DNA of 64,000 nucleotides, taken from NCBI GenBank assembly GCA_963829055.1, contig CAWHHI010000012.1, positions 1 through 64,000 on the forward strand. The letters are read 5' to 3'. The position numbers and the translations under genes were made by a program. Numbering within the stretch: position 1 is the first letter of the stretch; each line of letters opens with the position of its first letter. This document shows, piece by piece, positions 45,603 to 57,023 of the stretch. Source of the stretch: an uncultured Gemmatimonadaceae bacterium (GTDB taxonomy: Bacteria > Gemmatimonadota > Gemmatimonadetes > Gemmatimonadales > Gemmatimonadaceae). Below the pieces are notes generated by a model. It did not search any database. It was not told where the DNA came from and saw only the letters and a list, made by a program, of their open reading frames with translations.

Positions 45603-46133
45603 ATGCGCTGGGTACTCGGAATCGTCGGCGTCCTCGTCGTCCTCGTCGCGATCGTCCTCGTCGTTGGAGCAATGTTGCCCAAGTCGCACGTGGCATCGAG
45701 GTCCGCGCGCTACACCGCGTCGCCCGACACACTCTGGGCATCACTCACGAACGCGAGAGCGTTCCCCACGTGGCGCACCGACGTCACACGCGTCGAGACG
45801 TTGCCTGACGAGAATGCACAGCGCGGCTGGCGCGAACACGGCAAGAACGGCGTCATCCCATACCGCGTCGTCGAGAGTGTCGCGCCACGCCGACTCGTCA
45901 CTCGCATCGCGGACCCCAAGCTGCCGTTCGGCGGCACCTGGACGTACGACCTGACTCCCAATGGCGCCGGCACGCGCCTAACGATCACGGAGCACGGCGA
46001 AGTGTACAACCCGGTCTTCCGGTTCGTCTCCCGCTTCTTCATGGGCTACACCTCCACGATGGACGGCGTTCTCCGCGCCCTCGGAACGAAGCATGGCGAG
46101 ACCGTTACACCAGAATCGGCGGTTGCTGCCTGA
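45603..46133 (+). CDS. SRPBCC family protein with N-terminal TM helix
   Basis: GGAGG RBS; LPFGGTWTYDL; TITEHGEVYNPVFRF. Confidence 0.85.
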   Translation: MRWVLGIVGVLVVLVAIVLVVGAMLPKSHVASRSARYTASPDTLWASLTNARAFPTWRTDVTRVETLPDENAQRGWREHGKNGVIPYRVVESVAPRRLVTRIADPKLPFGGTWTYDLTPNGAGTRLTITEHGEVYNPVFRFVSRFFMGYTSTMDGVLRALGTKHGETVTPESAVAA

Positions 46134-47199
46134 CGCGGAACCCTGACGCGGGAATCCGACGAAGCGCTCTGCACCGCGTGATGTCTCCGATACAACCGTT
46201 ACGCGACGCCAGACACACAATCACGCTGCCTAACAGACGGCGTTGATCGTTGCGTCGTTAGTGGCGCGCACTGTGTCGCACTCGTCCGCCTGCGTGGGTC
46301 GAGCCCTGCACATGTCGCCGCACTTCGCAATCAGCCACTTCTCGGGGTCTGCGGTTTCTTCGCCGCGTTCGGACTGCCCGGCGCTGCGGTCCGGTCCTGG
46401 CTCGCGACGACGCGTTATCGATTCGCTCGACGAAGCGACTGGGTCGTCGCGCGCGCACCCGCGGTCGATGCGACGGCGCTCTACGCTCTGAGCCATGCGG
46501 GCGGGCGGTGCCTGACAGGTGAAGCCGGCGGTTGTCTCGAGGCGCTCGGCGTCAGCGACTCTCCGAGCCTTTCAGGCCCAACGCCGGCCGGGATCGAGGT
46601 GCGTGTGATCGACCCGTCTTCCCCGACGTACGACGGCGTTGCGAATTCGCGGAGCGCTGCGTTGGGTGGTGCTGAAGACGAGTTGCTGGCCGACGCGGTG
46701 CGCGCGATTGGCCCCGATCGGTTCGCGCGGTTCTGGGCATCGTCGTCGAGGCCGGACGCCGCTTATCTCGCGGCCGCTGGCGTCAGCCTGGAGTCGTGGA
46801 CACAACAATGGCTGACGCGGACGTACGGGACCTTAGGCCAGCGACCCACGGTCCGTCTGAGCGAGGTCATGTGGCTGGCCATCGTCATGCCGCTCGTCCT
46901 CTTCGTTGCCGCTCGGCCACGCGAGCGCATCCTGGCGGACACGCGTTAGGCGTACACGACCGGGCGTGGCTCGTGCGCCACGGCCCGCCGCCGCTGCGCA
47001 CGCTTGCAATGTGCGGCACGTCGCCGGCACGGTTCCGGTCGCCGAACGTTGGGCCAGCCAGGCCGGGCCGCGATGGTTCCGCCAACTTCGTTAGGCACAC
47101 GTTGCTGCCACAGGATGTAGCGGCTTGGAACGGTTGCCGAGCCCGGCCGACTAATCGGTGTCGTCGGCACGATTGGGTCGATCGCGCTGGCCTGCGCGT

Positions 47200-47340
47200 T
47201 GCTCAGAGTCTTCTCAATTGCGTCGCACTCACTCCATTCTCGCGTACTTCGGCGAGGAAGTTGCGACGGGATGGCGCTGCCACAACTGCGACGCGTGCGA
47301 TCTGCTCGACACGTGGGACTCGGGCCCGGTGAAAGCCTAA
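47200..47340 (+). pseudogene. C-terminal fragment of a RecQ-family helicase (Zn-binding region)
   Basis: SILAYFGEE...CHNCDAC. Confidence 0.6.
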
Positions 47341-47418
47341 CGCCTGTTGTCGAGTACGTCGACGCCAATGCGCGCACCTACAGATGGGCTCCCCAAATTC
47401 AGCAACGAGGACGAATCG

Positions 47419-47919
47419 ATGGCATCAACGAAAACCAACGCGCCTGACGAGCCACTGACTGCCGAAGCGCGTGCGCATTTCGAGAAACGTCTGCTGGAGG
47501 AACGGAGGCGCGCACTCAGGGAGCTCAACCAGCTGGGTGAGACGTTCGGCGCGAGCCTGACCGCATCTGACGGAGACCTGACCAACTATCCGTTCCACAT
47601 GGCTGACCAGGGCACCGACACCATGGAACAGGAGAAGAACTTTCTCTTGGCGAGCCAGGAGGGGCGGCTGTTGTGGAACATCGATGAGGCGCTCCGTCGA
47701 CTCTACCGCTCGCCCGAGACATTCGGGCGCTGCGAGTCTTGCGGAAATACGATCGCCTTCGAGCGCCTCGATGCTCTTCCGTACACGCGCACATGCATTA
47801 GCTGCAAGCAGCGGGAGGAGACGAGCGCGAGAACTGTTACGGCTGTGACTCCCAGCGGAGACACAGGAAGTGACGCTGACGGCGCCCCCGCTGCAGGAGC
47901 CGGCACCAGCGCGAGCTGA
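47419..47919 (+). CDS. TraR/DksA C4 zinc-finger protein
   Basis: HMADQGTD; FGRCESCG...ERLDALPYTRTCISC. Confidence 0.92.
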   Translation: MASTKTNAPDEPLTAEARAHFEKRLLEERRRALRELNQLGETFGASLTASDGDLTNYPFHMADQGTDTMEQEKNFLLASQEGRLLWNIDEALRRLYRSPETFGRCESCGNTIAFERLDALPYTRTCISCKQREETSARTVTAVTPSGDTGSDADGAPAAGAGTSAS

Positions 47920-48166
47920 TCGAACGGCCTTGACGTGGCCGCTGAAATTCATATGTTTACATCCGTTCCGACGGCCGGCGTGCTTCCAGTTTCGAGCCGA
48001 CACCGTTCGAAGCAAGGGGCCCATGCTCCATGACTACGTCACGCCCCAGTGCGGGGAAGACGGTCGCATGGCCGGGGTCACCTACCTGTTCCAGCAGGGC
48101 TTCGAAACCCGCGCGCCGACCGACCGGGAACACCTTCGAGCTCGCCCTGGCGTGGCTCGAGCACTG

Positions 48167-48200
48167 ACGGCCCGCTCTCAACGAGCGGGCCGTTTTTCGT
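48167..48200 (+). terminator. Rho-independent terminator
   Basis: ACGGCCCGCTC-tcaac-GAGCGGGCCGT followed by TTTT. Confidence 0.7.
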
Positions 48201-48318
48201 TCCGTGGATCCGCGACGTGGCGCGACTCCCACCACCAGCAATGGCGATGCCAGATGCAAAACGGGACGGCGCGAGCCGTCCCGGAGGGAGTTACCACTGC
48301 TTGAGCGATCTTACTCAG

Positions 48319-48390
48319 AGCCAGCGGTCGGGATTGAACCGACGACCGCCCGATTACGAATCGGGTGCTCTACCACTGAGCTACGCTGGC
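48319..48390 (-). tRNA. tRNA-Thr(CGT)
   Basis: Anticodon arm CCCGA TT CGT AA TCGGG; full cloverleaf. Confidence 0.96.
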
Positions 48391-48447
48391 GAACGGTCCA
48401 CGCGCGACCGGAACACATCGGTGCAAACCGGCACCAACCGGTATACA

Positions 48448-48529
48448 TGCCCTGGCGCGGACTCGAACCGCGACGCCTTGCGGCACCACCCCCTCAAGAT
48501 GGCGTGTCTACCAATTTCACCACCAGGGC
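48448..48529 (-). tRNA. tRNA-Leu(GAG)
   Basis: CCATC TT GAG GG GGTGG; long variable arm. Confidence 0.95.
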
Positions 48530-48558
48530 AAAACAACTGCGCTTCCCTACTCTTCGTA

Positions 48559-48633
48559 CGGGGCTGACGGGGCTCGAACCCGCGACCTCCGGTGTGACAG
48601 ACCGGCACTCTAACCAAGCTGAGCTACAGCCCC
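48559..48633 (-). tRNA. tRNA-Asp(GTC)
   Basis: CCGGT CT GTC AC ACCGG. Confidence 0.96.
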
Positions 48634-48722
48634 AAATGTGCTACACGTGCGCCTGCCTAACGATCAATGCGACTGCCGTTCGACCTCGATCACTCACGCC
48701 ATCACGCCTAACGCGACGTACA

Positions 48723-48794
48723 TAGCCCCAACGGGAGTCGAACCCGTCTTTCAACCTTGAAAGGGTCGTGTCCTAACCGATAGACGATGGGGCC
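48723..48794 (-). tRNA. tRNA-Glu(TTC)
   Basis: CGACC CT TTC AA GGTTG. Confidence 0.96.
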
Positions 48795-48881
48795 AGACAA
48801 TCAGGGTTCGGTTTTCGGCGGCACCGGAGCCGGAGAGCCGTCGAAGCCGAACCCCACAGCCAACCATTTCCTGCCCGCCAA

Positions 48882-48954
48882 TAGCGCTAACGGGATTCGA
48901 ACCCGTGTTCCAGCCTTGAGAGGGCCGTGTCCTAGTCCCCTAGACGATAGCGCC
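48882..48954 (-). tRNA. tRNA-Glu(CTC)
   Basis: CGGCC CT CTC AA GGCTG. Confidence 0.96.
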
Positions 48955-49009
48955 ATTTGATACTGCCGGTATTGCAACTGCGATCGTGCTTGCCAGTCCC
49001 CGCTGTCGA

Positions 49010-49082
49010 CAGGCCCGGAGGGAATCGAACCCCCAACCGCCGGTTTTGGAGACCGGTGCTCTACCAATTGAGCTACGGACCT
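49010..49082 (-). tRNA. tRNA-Trp(CCA)
   Basis: CCGGT CT CCA AA ACCGG. Confidence 0.96.
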
Positions 49083-49166
49083 AGAGAGCCGGCGCCAACC
49101 GTCGAGCTTCAGCGGAGTCCGCCGAAGGCTGACCGGCCGGTCCGCCACTCCTTGCCACTCCTCAAG

Positions 49167-49241
49167 GGTGACTGAGGGGACTTGAACCCCCAACCCCCGG
49201 AGCCACAGTCCGGTGCTCTAACCGATTGAGCTACAGCCACC
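49167..49241 (-). tRNA. tRNA-His(GTG)
   Basis: CCGGA CT GTG GC TCCGG; encoded G-1. Confidence 0.96.
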
Positions 49242-49389
49242 ATGTTGCCGAGTCGTCCGCGTGCACATGCAATCGCACGTGTTCCTTCCCGGCGCCTTCA
49301 CCGCCTGACTGGCGGCGAAGAGTTTCATAGTAATTGCCCTGCCGAATCGAATCAACCGCTTCGCCCTGCGGCTTGGCTGCCTCTCGCCG

Positions 49390-49953
49390 CTACTTCGCGC
49401 GATCCATGTACTCGCCGGTCGTCGGATTCACGCGAACCTTCTCGCCGATGCTGATGAATTCCGGAACGTTCACCGTCACGCCGTTATCCAGCTTGGCCGG
49501 CTTCGTCGACGCCGTCTTCGTCGCCGTCTTCATCACCGGCGCCGTGTCCACGACCTCGAGCGTCAACGTGTTCGGCAACTGAATACCGATCGGCCGTCCT
49601 TCGTAGTACTCGGCCACGATCCGCATTCCTGGCTGCATCCACTGCGCGTTGTCGCCAAGCATCTCTTCATCCATCTCGAGCTGATCGTAGTTCTCGATGT
49701 TCATGAAGTGATACGTGTCGCCACCCTGATAGAGGAACTCGAGATCGTGCGTCTCCATCGACGCCTTCTCGATCGAGTCCGCGGCGCGGAAGCGATGCTC
49801 GAAGCTCGACCCCGTACGGAGGTTCTTGAGCTTCGCCTGCACCATTGCGCGCAGGTTTCCGGGCGTGTGATGACGGAATTCGACGACGCGACAGGGTTGG
49901 CCCTCGAAAACGAGGACCATGCCCCGACGAATCTGGGTAGCCGGCATTGCCAT
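49390..49953 (-). CDS. efp: Elongation factor P
   Basis: FLYQGGDTYHFM, KPAKLDNG, VPEFI, TGEYMDRA; 187 aa. Confidence 0.97.
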   Translation of the reverse strand: MAMPATQIRRGMVLVFEGQPCRVVEFRHHTPGNLRAMVQAKLKNLRTGSSFEHRFRAADSIEKASMETHDLEFLYQGGDTYHFMNIENYDQLEMDEEMLGDNAQWMQPGMRIVAEYYEGRPIGIQLPNTLTLEVVDTAPVMKTATKTASTKPAKLDNGVTVNVPEFISIGEKVRVNPTTGEYMDRAK

Positions 49954-50027
49954 GACGATCAGTCCAGCGAAGAAAGTTGCGTGAATGAAAAGCGCGTATT
50001 CAGCCTAAGATGCGACAGCCTTTGATT

Positions 50028-50785
50028 TTAGCCTGCAGTTGGGGTTGCGTCAAGCTGTTGGAGTAACGGGCCGAGCGTCTCCCACACGTTGTGGGCGACG
50101 ATCTGTGCGCCGCGCTCGTTCGGGTGCATCCCATCCTGCTGATTCAGACCCGTCACACCGGCGACGTCCCGCAGGAGGAACGGCATCACGCCCACGCCCG
50201 TTTCCTTTGCAACGTCCTGATACATGGCCCTGAACGCCGTCGTATATTTCGCACCGAGGTTCGGCGGCGCCTCCATCTGCGCGAGAAGAATCCGCGCTCC
50301 TGGACGCGCCGCTTTCACTTTGGCGACGATGGCGCGAAGGTTCGAACGAGTCGAGTCGACGTCCAGCCCCCGAAGCCCATCATTCGCCCCGGTCTCGATC
50401 ACCACGACATCCGCCGGCCCCCTCAGGAGCCAGTCCATGCGCCGCAATGCTCCGGCCGACGTTTCCCCACTGAGACCGGCGTTCACGATGTCGACGTGAT
50501 AGCCGGCCGAGTCGGCCTTCCGCTGCAGCAAGGCGGGATAGGCGTCTTCCGGATCGAGACCGAGACCGGCGGTCAGGCTGGTGCCCACCATCAGCACTGT
50601 GCGGCGGGAGCCGGGAACGGGGACGGGGGAACCGGGGCTGCCCGCTTGTTGCTTCCCGCTCGCGGCGGCGGTTTCCGTTCCCGGTTCCCGGTTCCCCGTT
50701 CCCGCCCGACCGGAGTCGGTCAGCCTTGGCGCTCCCGCCCACTCCGCAGGCGCACCAGAACTAAAACCAACAGAAGACTACGCAT
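50028..50785 (-). CDS. tesA: GDSL arylesterase/TesA-like lipoprotein (5' frameshifts)
   Basis: GTSLTAG, NAGLSGETS, GANDGLRG, DGMHPN. Confidence 0.88.
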
Positions 50786-51561
50786 GCTCGTTGCTCGAGA
50801 GTTGACGAAAGAATTCCAGAGCGGAACGCACGAGCTCACCGTGCTCCGCGACGTGTCGTTCGCGATACCGCAAGGCGCGTTCGTCGCGATCGTCGGGCCA
50901 TCCGGCAGCGGCAAGACGACCCTGCTCGGACTGCTGGCCGGACTCGATACCCCCTCGCACGGCACCGTGATCCTCGACGGCGTCGATCTCCGGAGCCTCA
51001 CCGAGGACCAGCGGGCGCGACTGCGCGGTGAGAAAGTTGGGTTCATCTTCCAGAGCTTTCAACTCATTCCCACGCTCACCGCGCTGGAGAACGTGCAGGT
51101 ACCGCTCGAGCTTCGCGGCGAGAGCGGCGCGTCGGCACGCGCGGTCGAGCTGCTCACTCGCGTCGGGCTCCGCGATCGCATGGACCACTTTCCGTCGCAG
51201 CTGTCGGGCGGCGAGCAGCAACGCGTCGCCATCGCCCGCGCGTTCTCGAATCATCCACGGATCCTGTTCGCCGATGAGCCGACTGGCAATCTCGACGCCA
51301 CAACCGGTGCCCGCATCGTCGAGCTGCATCGAGGAGCTCAACCGCGAATCCGGGACGAGCGTCGTGCTCGTGACGCACGACCTGACGCTCGCCGCCCGAG
51401 CGAATCGAATGATCCGGTTGGCCGATGGGCTCGTGGTCGAAGATCGGGAATCCGCAGGGCGGGAACGGGGAACGGGGAACGGGGAACCGGAACAGCGCGC
51501 CGATGTGCACGGGGTATCGGTTCCCCCCTCCCTGTTCCCCGTTCCCGGTGGTTCAGCATGA
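50784..51561 (+). CDS. ybbA: ABC transporter ATP-binding protein, YbbA-like (one frameshift)
   Basis: [31 protein letters not shown]; divergent from tesA. Confidence 0.9.
51461..51546. repeat. Heptamer (GGGGAAC)n tandem repeat with inverted partner
   Basis: GGGAACGGGGAACGGGGAACGGGGAACC...GTTCCCCGTTCCC; similar tract at 50606-50703. Confidence 0.75.
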
Positions 51562-54183
51562 CCGGCCTAACGAGTCCCGTCCCCCGTGCGTTCCACGACG
51601 CCGACGTCCCGCGGCGCAAATCGCTGAAGACGCTCTCGGCCGCGCTACTTTCGCTCGCGTGGCGAGAGAGTCGCACCGCAAGACGACGACTCTTGCTGTA
51701 CATGTCGTCCATCTCGCTCGGCGTCGCCGCGCTCGTCGCCATCGACTCGTTCGCGTCGAACGTCACCGACTCCGTGCGTGAACAGTCGCGCGCGCTACTG
51801 GGCGGAGACGTTGCGTTCGGTGCGCGGCAAGGCACCTTCACGCCGCGCGCCGACTCGCTGCTCGACTCGCTCGCCGCCACCGGCGTGCGGTTCGCGCGGC
51901 AGACGACGTTCGCGTCGATGGGGCTCGTGGAGCGCACCGCCGGCACGCGACTCGTACAGGTTCGCGCCGTCACGCCCGGCTATCCGTTCTACGGCACGGT
52001 CACAACCGCGCCTGCGGGTAGATGGGCCCAGCTGCAGAACGGTCCGAACGCGCTCGTCGACCAGTCGCTCCTCATCTCGCTCGACGCACGCGTCGGCGAC
52101 ACGTTGACGCTCGGATACGCGAAGTTCGCCATCATCGGTCAGCTCGTGAGCGTGCCCGGCGACCCCGGCATCTCGGCGACGATCGGGCCGCGCGTGTTCA
52201 TCCCGGCTGCGTACGTCGATTCGACGAAGCTCCTCGGATTCGGCAGTCGAGCGGACTACGAGGCATTCGCCAAGCTGCCGGAAGGTACCGATCCGGCGAC
52301 GTGGCTCGCGCCGTTGCGCCCGCGCTTCGAGCGCAACCGCGTGCGCGCGAGGACGGTCGTCGAGAACGAAGTGAACCTCACCGAGTCCATCGATCAGCTC
52401 AGCGATTTTCTGGGCGTCGTCGGTCTCGTGGCGCTGTTGCTCGGGGGCATCGGCGTGGCCAGCGGCGTGCACGCGTTCGTCGCCCGTAAGATCGACACCG
52501 TGGCGGTGCTGCGTTGCCTCGGCGCAACGAGCCGGCAGGTGCTCATCATCTACGTCCTGCAGGCCGCTGTGATGGGCCTGGTCGGTGCCGCCGTTGGGGC
52601 AGCGCTCGGCGTCGCGATCCAGTACGCGTTGCCGTTCACCATCCGCGACTTCCTGCCTGTCGACGTGCAGGTGTCGCTCGCGCCGAAGGCTATTCTCGTC
52701 GGGCCTGGCGTTAGGCGTCTGGGTCGCGATGGTGTTCGCGCTCCGGCCGCTGCTCGCGCTCCGCAACGTGTCGCCGCTCCAGGCGCTGCGTCGCGACCTC
52801 GACGGTGTGCCCTTCCGGTCGGGCCTGCGTGATTGGCCGCGCGTGCTGGTGAATGTCGCACTCGCCGCGAGCGTGGTGCTGCTCGCGGCGTGGCGCTCGC
52901 CGAATCTCAAGACGGCGGTGTGGATGAGCGGCGGGATCGCGGCGGTCCTCCTCGTCCTGCTCCTGAGCGCGGTGGTGCTTTCCGCGCTCGCGCGTCGGGT
53001 GCTCCGAGCGGGCTGGCCGTACGTCGTGCGCCAGGGCGTCGCGAACCTCTATCGGCCGGCGAACCAGACCCGAGCCGTCGTCCTGTCACTCGGGTTCGGC
53101 GCGTTTCTGATTACGACGCTGTACCTCGTGCAGGGAAATCTTCTTCGCCAGTTCGACCTAACGACCGCAGCCTCACGAGGGAATCTCCTGTTCTTCGACG
53201 TGCAGGACGACCAGGACGAGGGCGTCCAGCAACTCGTCAGGCAGGGCGGCTATGAAGTGATTCAGTCGACGCCGATCGTGACCATGCGGGTGAAGTCAGT
53301 CGGGGGCCAGACAGTAGCACAGATGCAGGCGGACACCACGAGACGCGGCGGGGCGTGGGCATTCCGCCGGGAGTATCGCTCGACGTATCGCGATTCAATG
53401 CAGAGCTCCGAGACGCTCGTGTCCGGCAAGTGGTTCGGCAAGACTCCTGCGGTCGACAGTCAGCCGACGGCCGAGGTGTCGCTGGAACAGGGCGTCGCGA
53501 AGGAGCTGCGCGCGAAGCTCGGCGACGTCATCGTGTGGGACGTGCAGGGCGTCGAGATCCCGACGCGGCTCACCAGTATGCGCGATGTGAACTGGGCGCG
53601 GTTCGAGCCGAACTTCTTCGCGGTGTTTGGCCCCGGGGCCCTCGAGCAAGCACCGAAACAGTTCGTGCTGCTCACGAACGTCCCAGACGGCGCCAGCGCC
53701 GCGCGCGTGCAGCGTACCGTGGTGCAGCGATTCCCTAACGTGTCGGCGATCGATCTCTCGATCGTCCGGAAGACCATCAGCGAGATCGTGGAGCGCGTCT
53801 CGATGGCGATTCGCTTCCTGGCGGTGTTCAGTCTCGCGATGGGCATCCCGGTGCTGTTCAGCGCCGTCGCGGCGACGCGCCGAGAGCGTGTACGCGAGGG
53901 CGTGCTGCTCAAGACGCTCGGCGCGACACAGGGACAGATTCGCCGCATTCTGTTTTCCGAGTACGCGCTGCTCGGCGTGCTCGGCAGCCTAACGGGAATG
54001 GTGCTGTCGTTCGGAGGAGCGTGGGCGCTCCTCCGATTCGTGTTTCACCGCCCGTTCACTCCGGCAACCGGCCCTGCCCTGCTCATCGCCGCCGCGATGG
54101 TACTGCTGACGGTGCTCATTGGCGTGCTGAGTGGCCGGGACGTCTTCCGTACAACACCGATGGCGGCGTTGCGAGAGGCGTAG
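51558..54183 (+). CDS. ybbP: ABC transporter permease, YbbP/FtsX-like (one frameshift)
   Basis: LAWRE, LLGGD, YPFYG, LRCLGA, NLYRPANQT, FFDVQ, LLKTLGA. Confidence 0.9.
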
Positions 54184-54187
54184 GGTT

Positions 54188-54683
54188 CATCGCGCCGGGC
54201 CGGTGGGGACTGCGATTGGGCGGATCGGTACGGCGAAACGACCGGATCCGGCTTTGCATTCAGGCATCATCGCGCCGCGGTCGGTGGGAACGACGATGAC
54301 GCGGATGACGCGGAAGACGGCCGGATACGGCTTTGCATTCGACACTGGCCCTCGCCGGGCCGTGATTGAACATTGGGAACGGCCGCTCGGGACGCAGGAG
54401 TCTCCCGAGCGGCCGTCCCAAGAATTCACGGCTCGTGGCGTGAGGAGCCGGATCTACCGAGCAGTATCCTGCTTCTTCCGCGTCATCGCGCGATCGCAGT
54501 TCCCGTTGGCCGGGCGCGATGATGCGTCGATGCAAAGCCGGATCCGGCCGTTTTGCCGTGTCATCCGCAAAATCGTAGTCCCCACCGGCCCGGCACGATG
54601 ATTCCTGAATGCGGAGCGCGAATCCGGTAGTTTCGCAGTACCGATCCGCCAGATCGTCAGTTCTCACCGGCCCCGGCGCGATG
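54188..54683. repeat. ~500-bp imperfect palindrome made of ~80-bp units
   Basis: Units start at 54188 and 54268 (+) and 54683, 54600, 54521 (-); 14-bp perfect central stem 54379-54392/54403-54416. Confidence 0.85.
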
Positions 54684-54694
54684 ACGGCTGGCAC

Positions 54695-56688
54695 TCAGTT
54701 CAGCCTAACGACATACACGCGTGCCCACGGAAAGGCGACATTGCCGCCGCCCGGAGACTGCATACGGAACGTGGCCACCGGCGCGCCCGCGTTGCGTTGC
54801 GCCAGGAAGTACACACCCGACCCCGACTGCGCAGTCGTCGTGAACGGCGCACCTGGCGTGAACACTCGCAGGGGGTAGTTCCCACCCGCCGCGCCAGCCA
54901 CCGCGTCACGCATGTTCCAACTGACGTACGAATACCGCGCATCGAGCGACGATACGCCGAGGTTATCGGTGTAATTCGCGATCAGCCATCCCGGAGATGA
55001 TCTGGTCGAACGGCACTCCTGCCCGCTGCACGAGGTTCGTGACACTGATCTGCGGGCCCGCGACGAGCCGGCGGAAGAATGCGCGCGCGTTCCCGGGTGC
55101 GTAGTGATCCGCGGTGTAGCGCAGCAACGCCCAGGCCGCGCCGCGAGGGCCGAGGTCCTTGTCCGCATTCGAGCCGATGGGAGACGAGGTATCCGGACGT
55201 ACCAGCCACGTCGAGAAGCGCGCCAGGTTCTGCTGGAAGAATGCGTTGTAGTCGTCCGTGTTCGTGCGAACGTCCGAGAACGACAGGCTCTGGAAATCCC
55301 CGAACCCACGCGACGCGCGACCGACGGCTTCCTCGGCGAAGTGCGACAGTCCCTCGTTCAGCCAGTCGACCTCGAAGGAATCGGCGTCGGGGTTGAACTG
55401 ACGGATGCCCTGGTTGATCATGTGCTGGAACTCGTGCGCGATGGTGCCGCGCGTCGACTGCCTAACGAGCGCCGTGGAGCGGGGGTCGCCGAACGTGCCG
55501 GAGGGGTCCGCGGCGAGCAGATAGAACACTTCCTGCTCGTTGGTCTGCGGGCAGCTGATGGGCGGGCTCGCTGCCTGGTAATCCGCCTTCGTGAACAGGT
55601 CGCCGCCCCAGAAGAACCCACCGATGTAGCTGTTCGATCCCTTCGGCGTGAACTTGTTCACTTCGGGCGTATACAGGATCGTGACTCGCCCGTCTTTATT
55701 GATGTCCGTCGGCGCGCCGAACCACGACGTGTCGGTCTTGAAAATGAGATCGTCGAACTCGGCGGCGATCGCGGTGAAGTCTGCCGCAGTGAATCCGTTC
55801 GCCGCGGCGTTCACATCCAACGCCACCTGCACCTTCTTGCCGACCGCCTTCACGACGCCGCGGACGGAAAAGAAGCTCGTGCAGAGATCCGATGCCAATA
55901 CGTCTGGGACTCGGTACGGGATCGTGTCCCCAAGCGCAGCGGCTGCCGCGAGTAAGGAAGGGTGAGCTCCGGATGCAGACCGCGCCACGACGTCACTGGC
56001 TGTTGCGCCTCGCCCCGCCATCGCGCGGACGATACGACCTTCCTGTCGACGAATGCGGTTCTCGATGTTGTCGCGCTGCTCGAGCGATTCGGACACGCGA
56101 CGGAATTCGGCCGAGAGGCCGTTCGCTGACGACGGACGCGGCCGGCGACACTGATGCGACCGTGCCGTTCTGCAGCGAAACCGCGAACGTCTGCTTGTCG
56201 TCCGGCGTCGGATTCGCGTTGGCGGTGATGAACAGGAGCTGGCTCGCCGCGGCGGACGATGCCAGCGTTATGCAGGACACGGCGGCGGGGCCGCTGAGCA
56301 CCGACACCTGCCCGACCGCCAATGTGAGCGGGTTCGCGCATCGATCCACGTCGACGGTCAGCGGCAGCGTGCCCTTGGCATTGTCGGCCTGAGCCGTGAT
56401 CGTAACGGCACCTGGAGCCACGGCCGTGATGAGGCCCTTCTGATCGACGGTCGCGACAGCGGCACTGCTCGTACTCCACGTCGGTGTCTTCGACGCGACG
56501 TCATCACCCTTCGAGTTGATCAGCCGCGCAGTCGCGGTCATCGTCGCGCCAACCTGCAGCGAGGGCGCCGGCGCGCTCACGACGATGTTCGTAACCGTCG
56601 TCGCTGACGGCGCGCTCGGGCCATCGCTGCACGCGCCGACAAGTGCGCACATCGTCACGATCGCCGCGAACGAAGCAACTGTCTTCAT
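54695..56688 (-). CDS. Ig-like (Big_2) lipoprotein with zinc metallopeptidase-like domain (frameshifted)
   Basis: Lipobox LVGAC; WSTSSAAVATVDQKG; TIAHEFQHMIN...WLNEGLSHFAEE. Confidence 0.8.
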
Positions 56689-57023
56689 TAAAGCACGCTC
56701 CTCTAGCACGCTGGTCGCGCGCGAAAATGGCGGCGCACACTGGCCCGCCGCCTGACAAGAAAATGTGGAGCGCGAGGCGTGCCGTAACGCGGCGCCTTAC
56801 GCGAACAACTCGTGAAGTTTACGAGCTCTGCCGCGGAGAACAACTGACACGGCGCGGCGTTGCGGTCTCTGGCTATACAGCCGAGTCAATCACCAGAGAC
56901 GACTTGCGAGCGGTCGGCGCAATGCCACTCGACCCTGTACAACTCCGCCGCGATGCCGCGCCACCAACCCAACTGCTACCAGTCGATTTCCTTCAGCAAT
57001 CGTTGGACACCAAAGGGTCGGAC

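Noticed and set aside
45021..46133. MarR-SRPBCC fusion protein
   Set aside because: Internal GGAGG plus ATG at 45603 with a signal-anchor start and a low-complexity linker; a lost stop from an indel is more likely
46228..46263. Mini attC site GCCTAAC...GTTAGTG
   Set aside because: Only ~36 bp, too short for attC; at most a small hairpin after the SRPBCC gene
48319..49241. Phage- or island-borne tRNA array
   Set aside because: Canonical tRNAs directly downstream of efp in core context, with no mobile genes nearby
50091..52832. 913-aa ORF and other long Arg/Ala/Pro-rich ORFs in the track
   Set aside because: Chance read-through of antisense tesA, ybbA and ybbP frames; shadow ORFs are expected at high GC
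54188..54683. CRISPR array
   Set aside because: Units are ~80 bp, contiguous without unique spacers, arranged in inverted arms, and no cas genes are present
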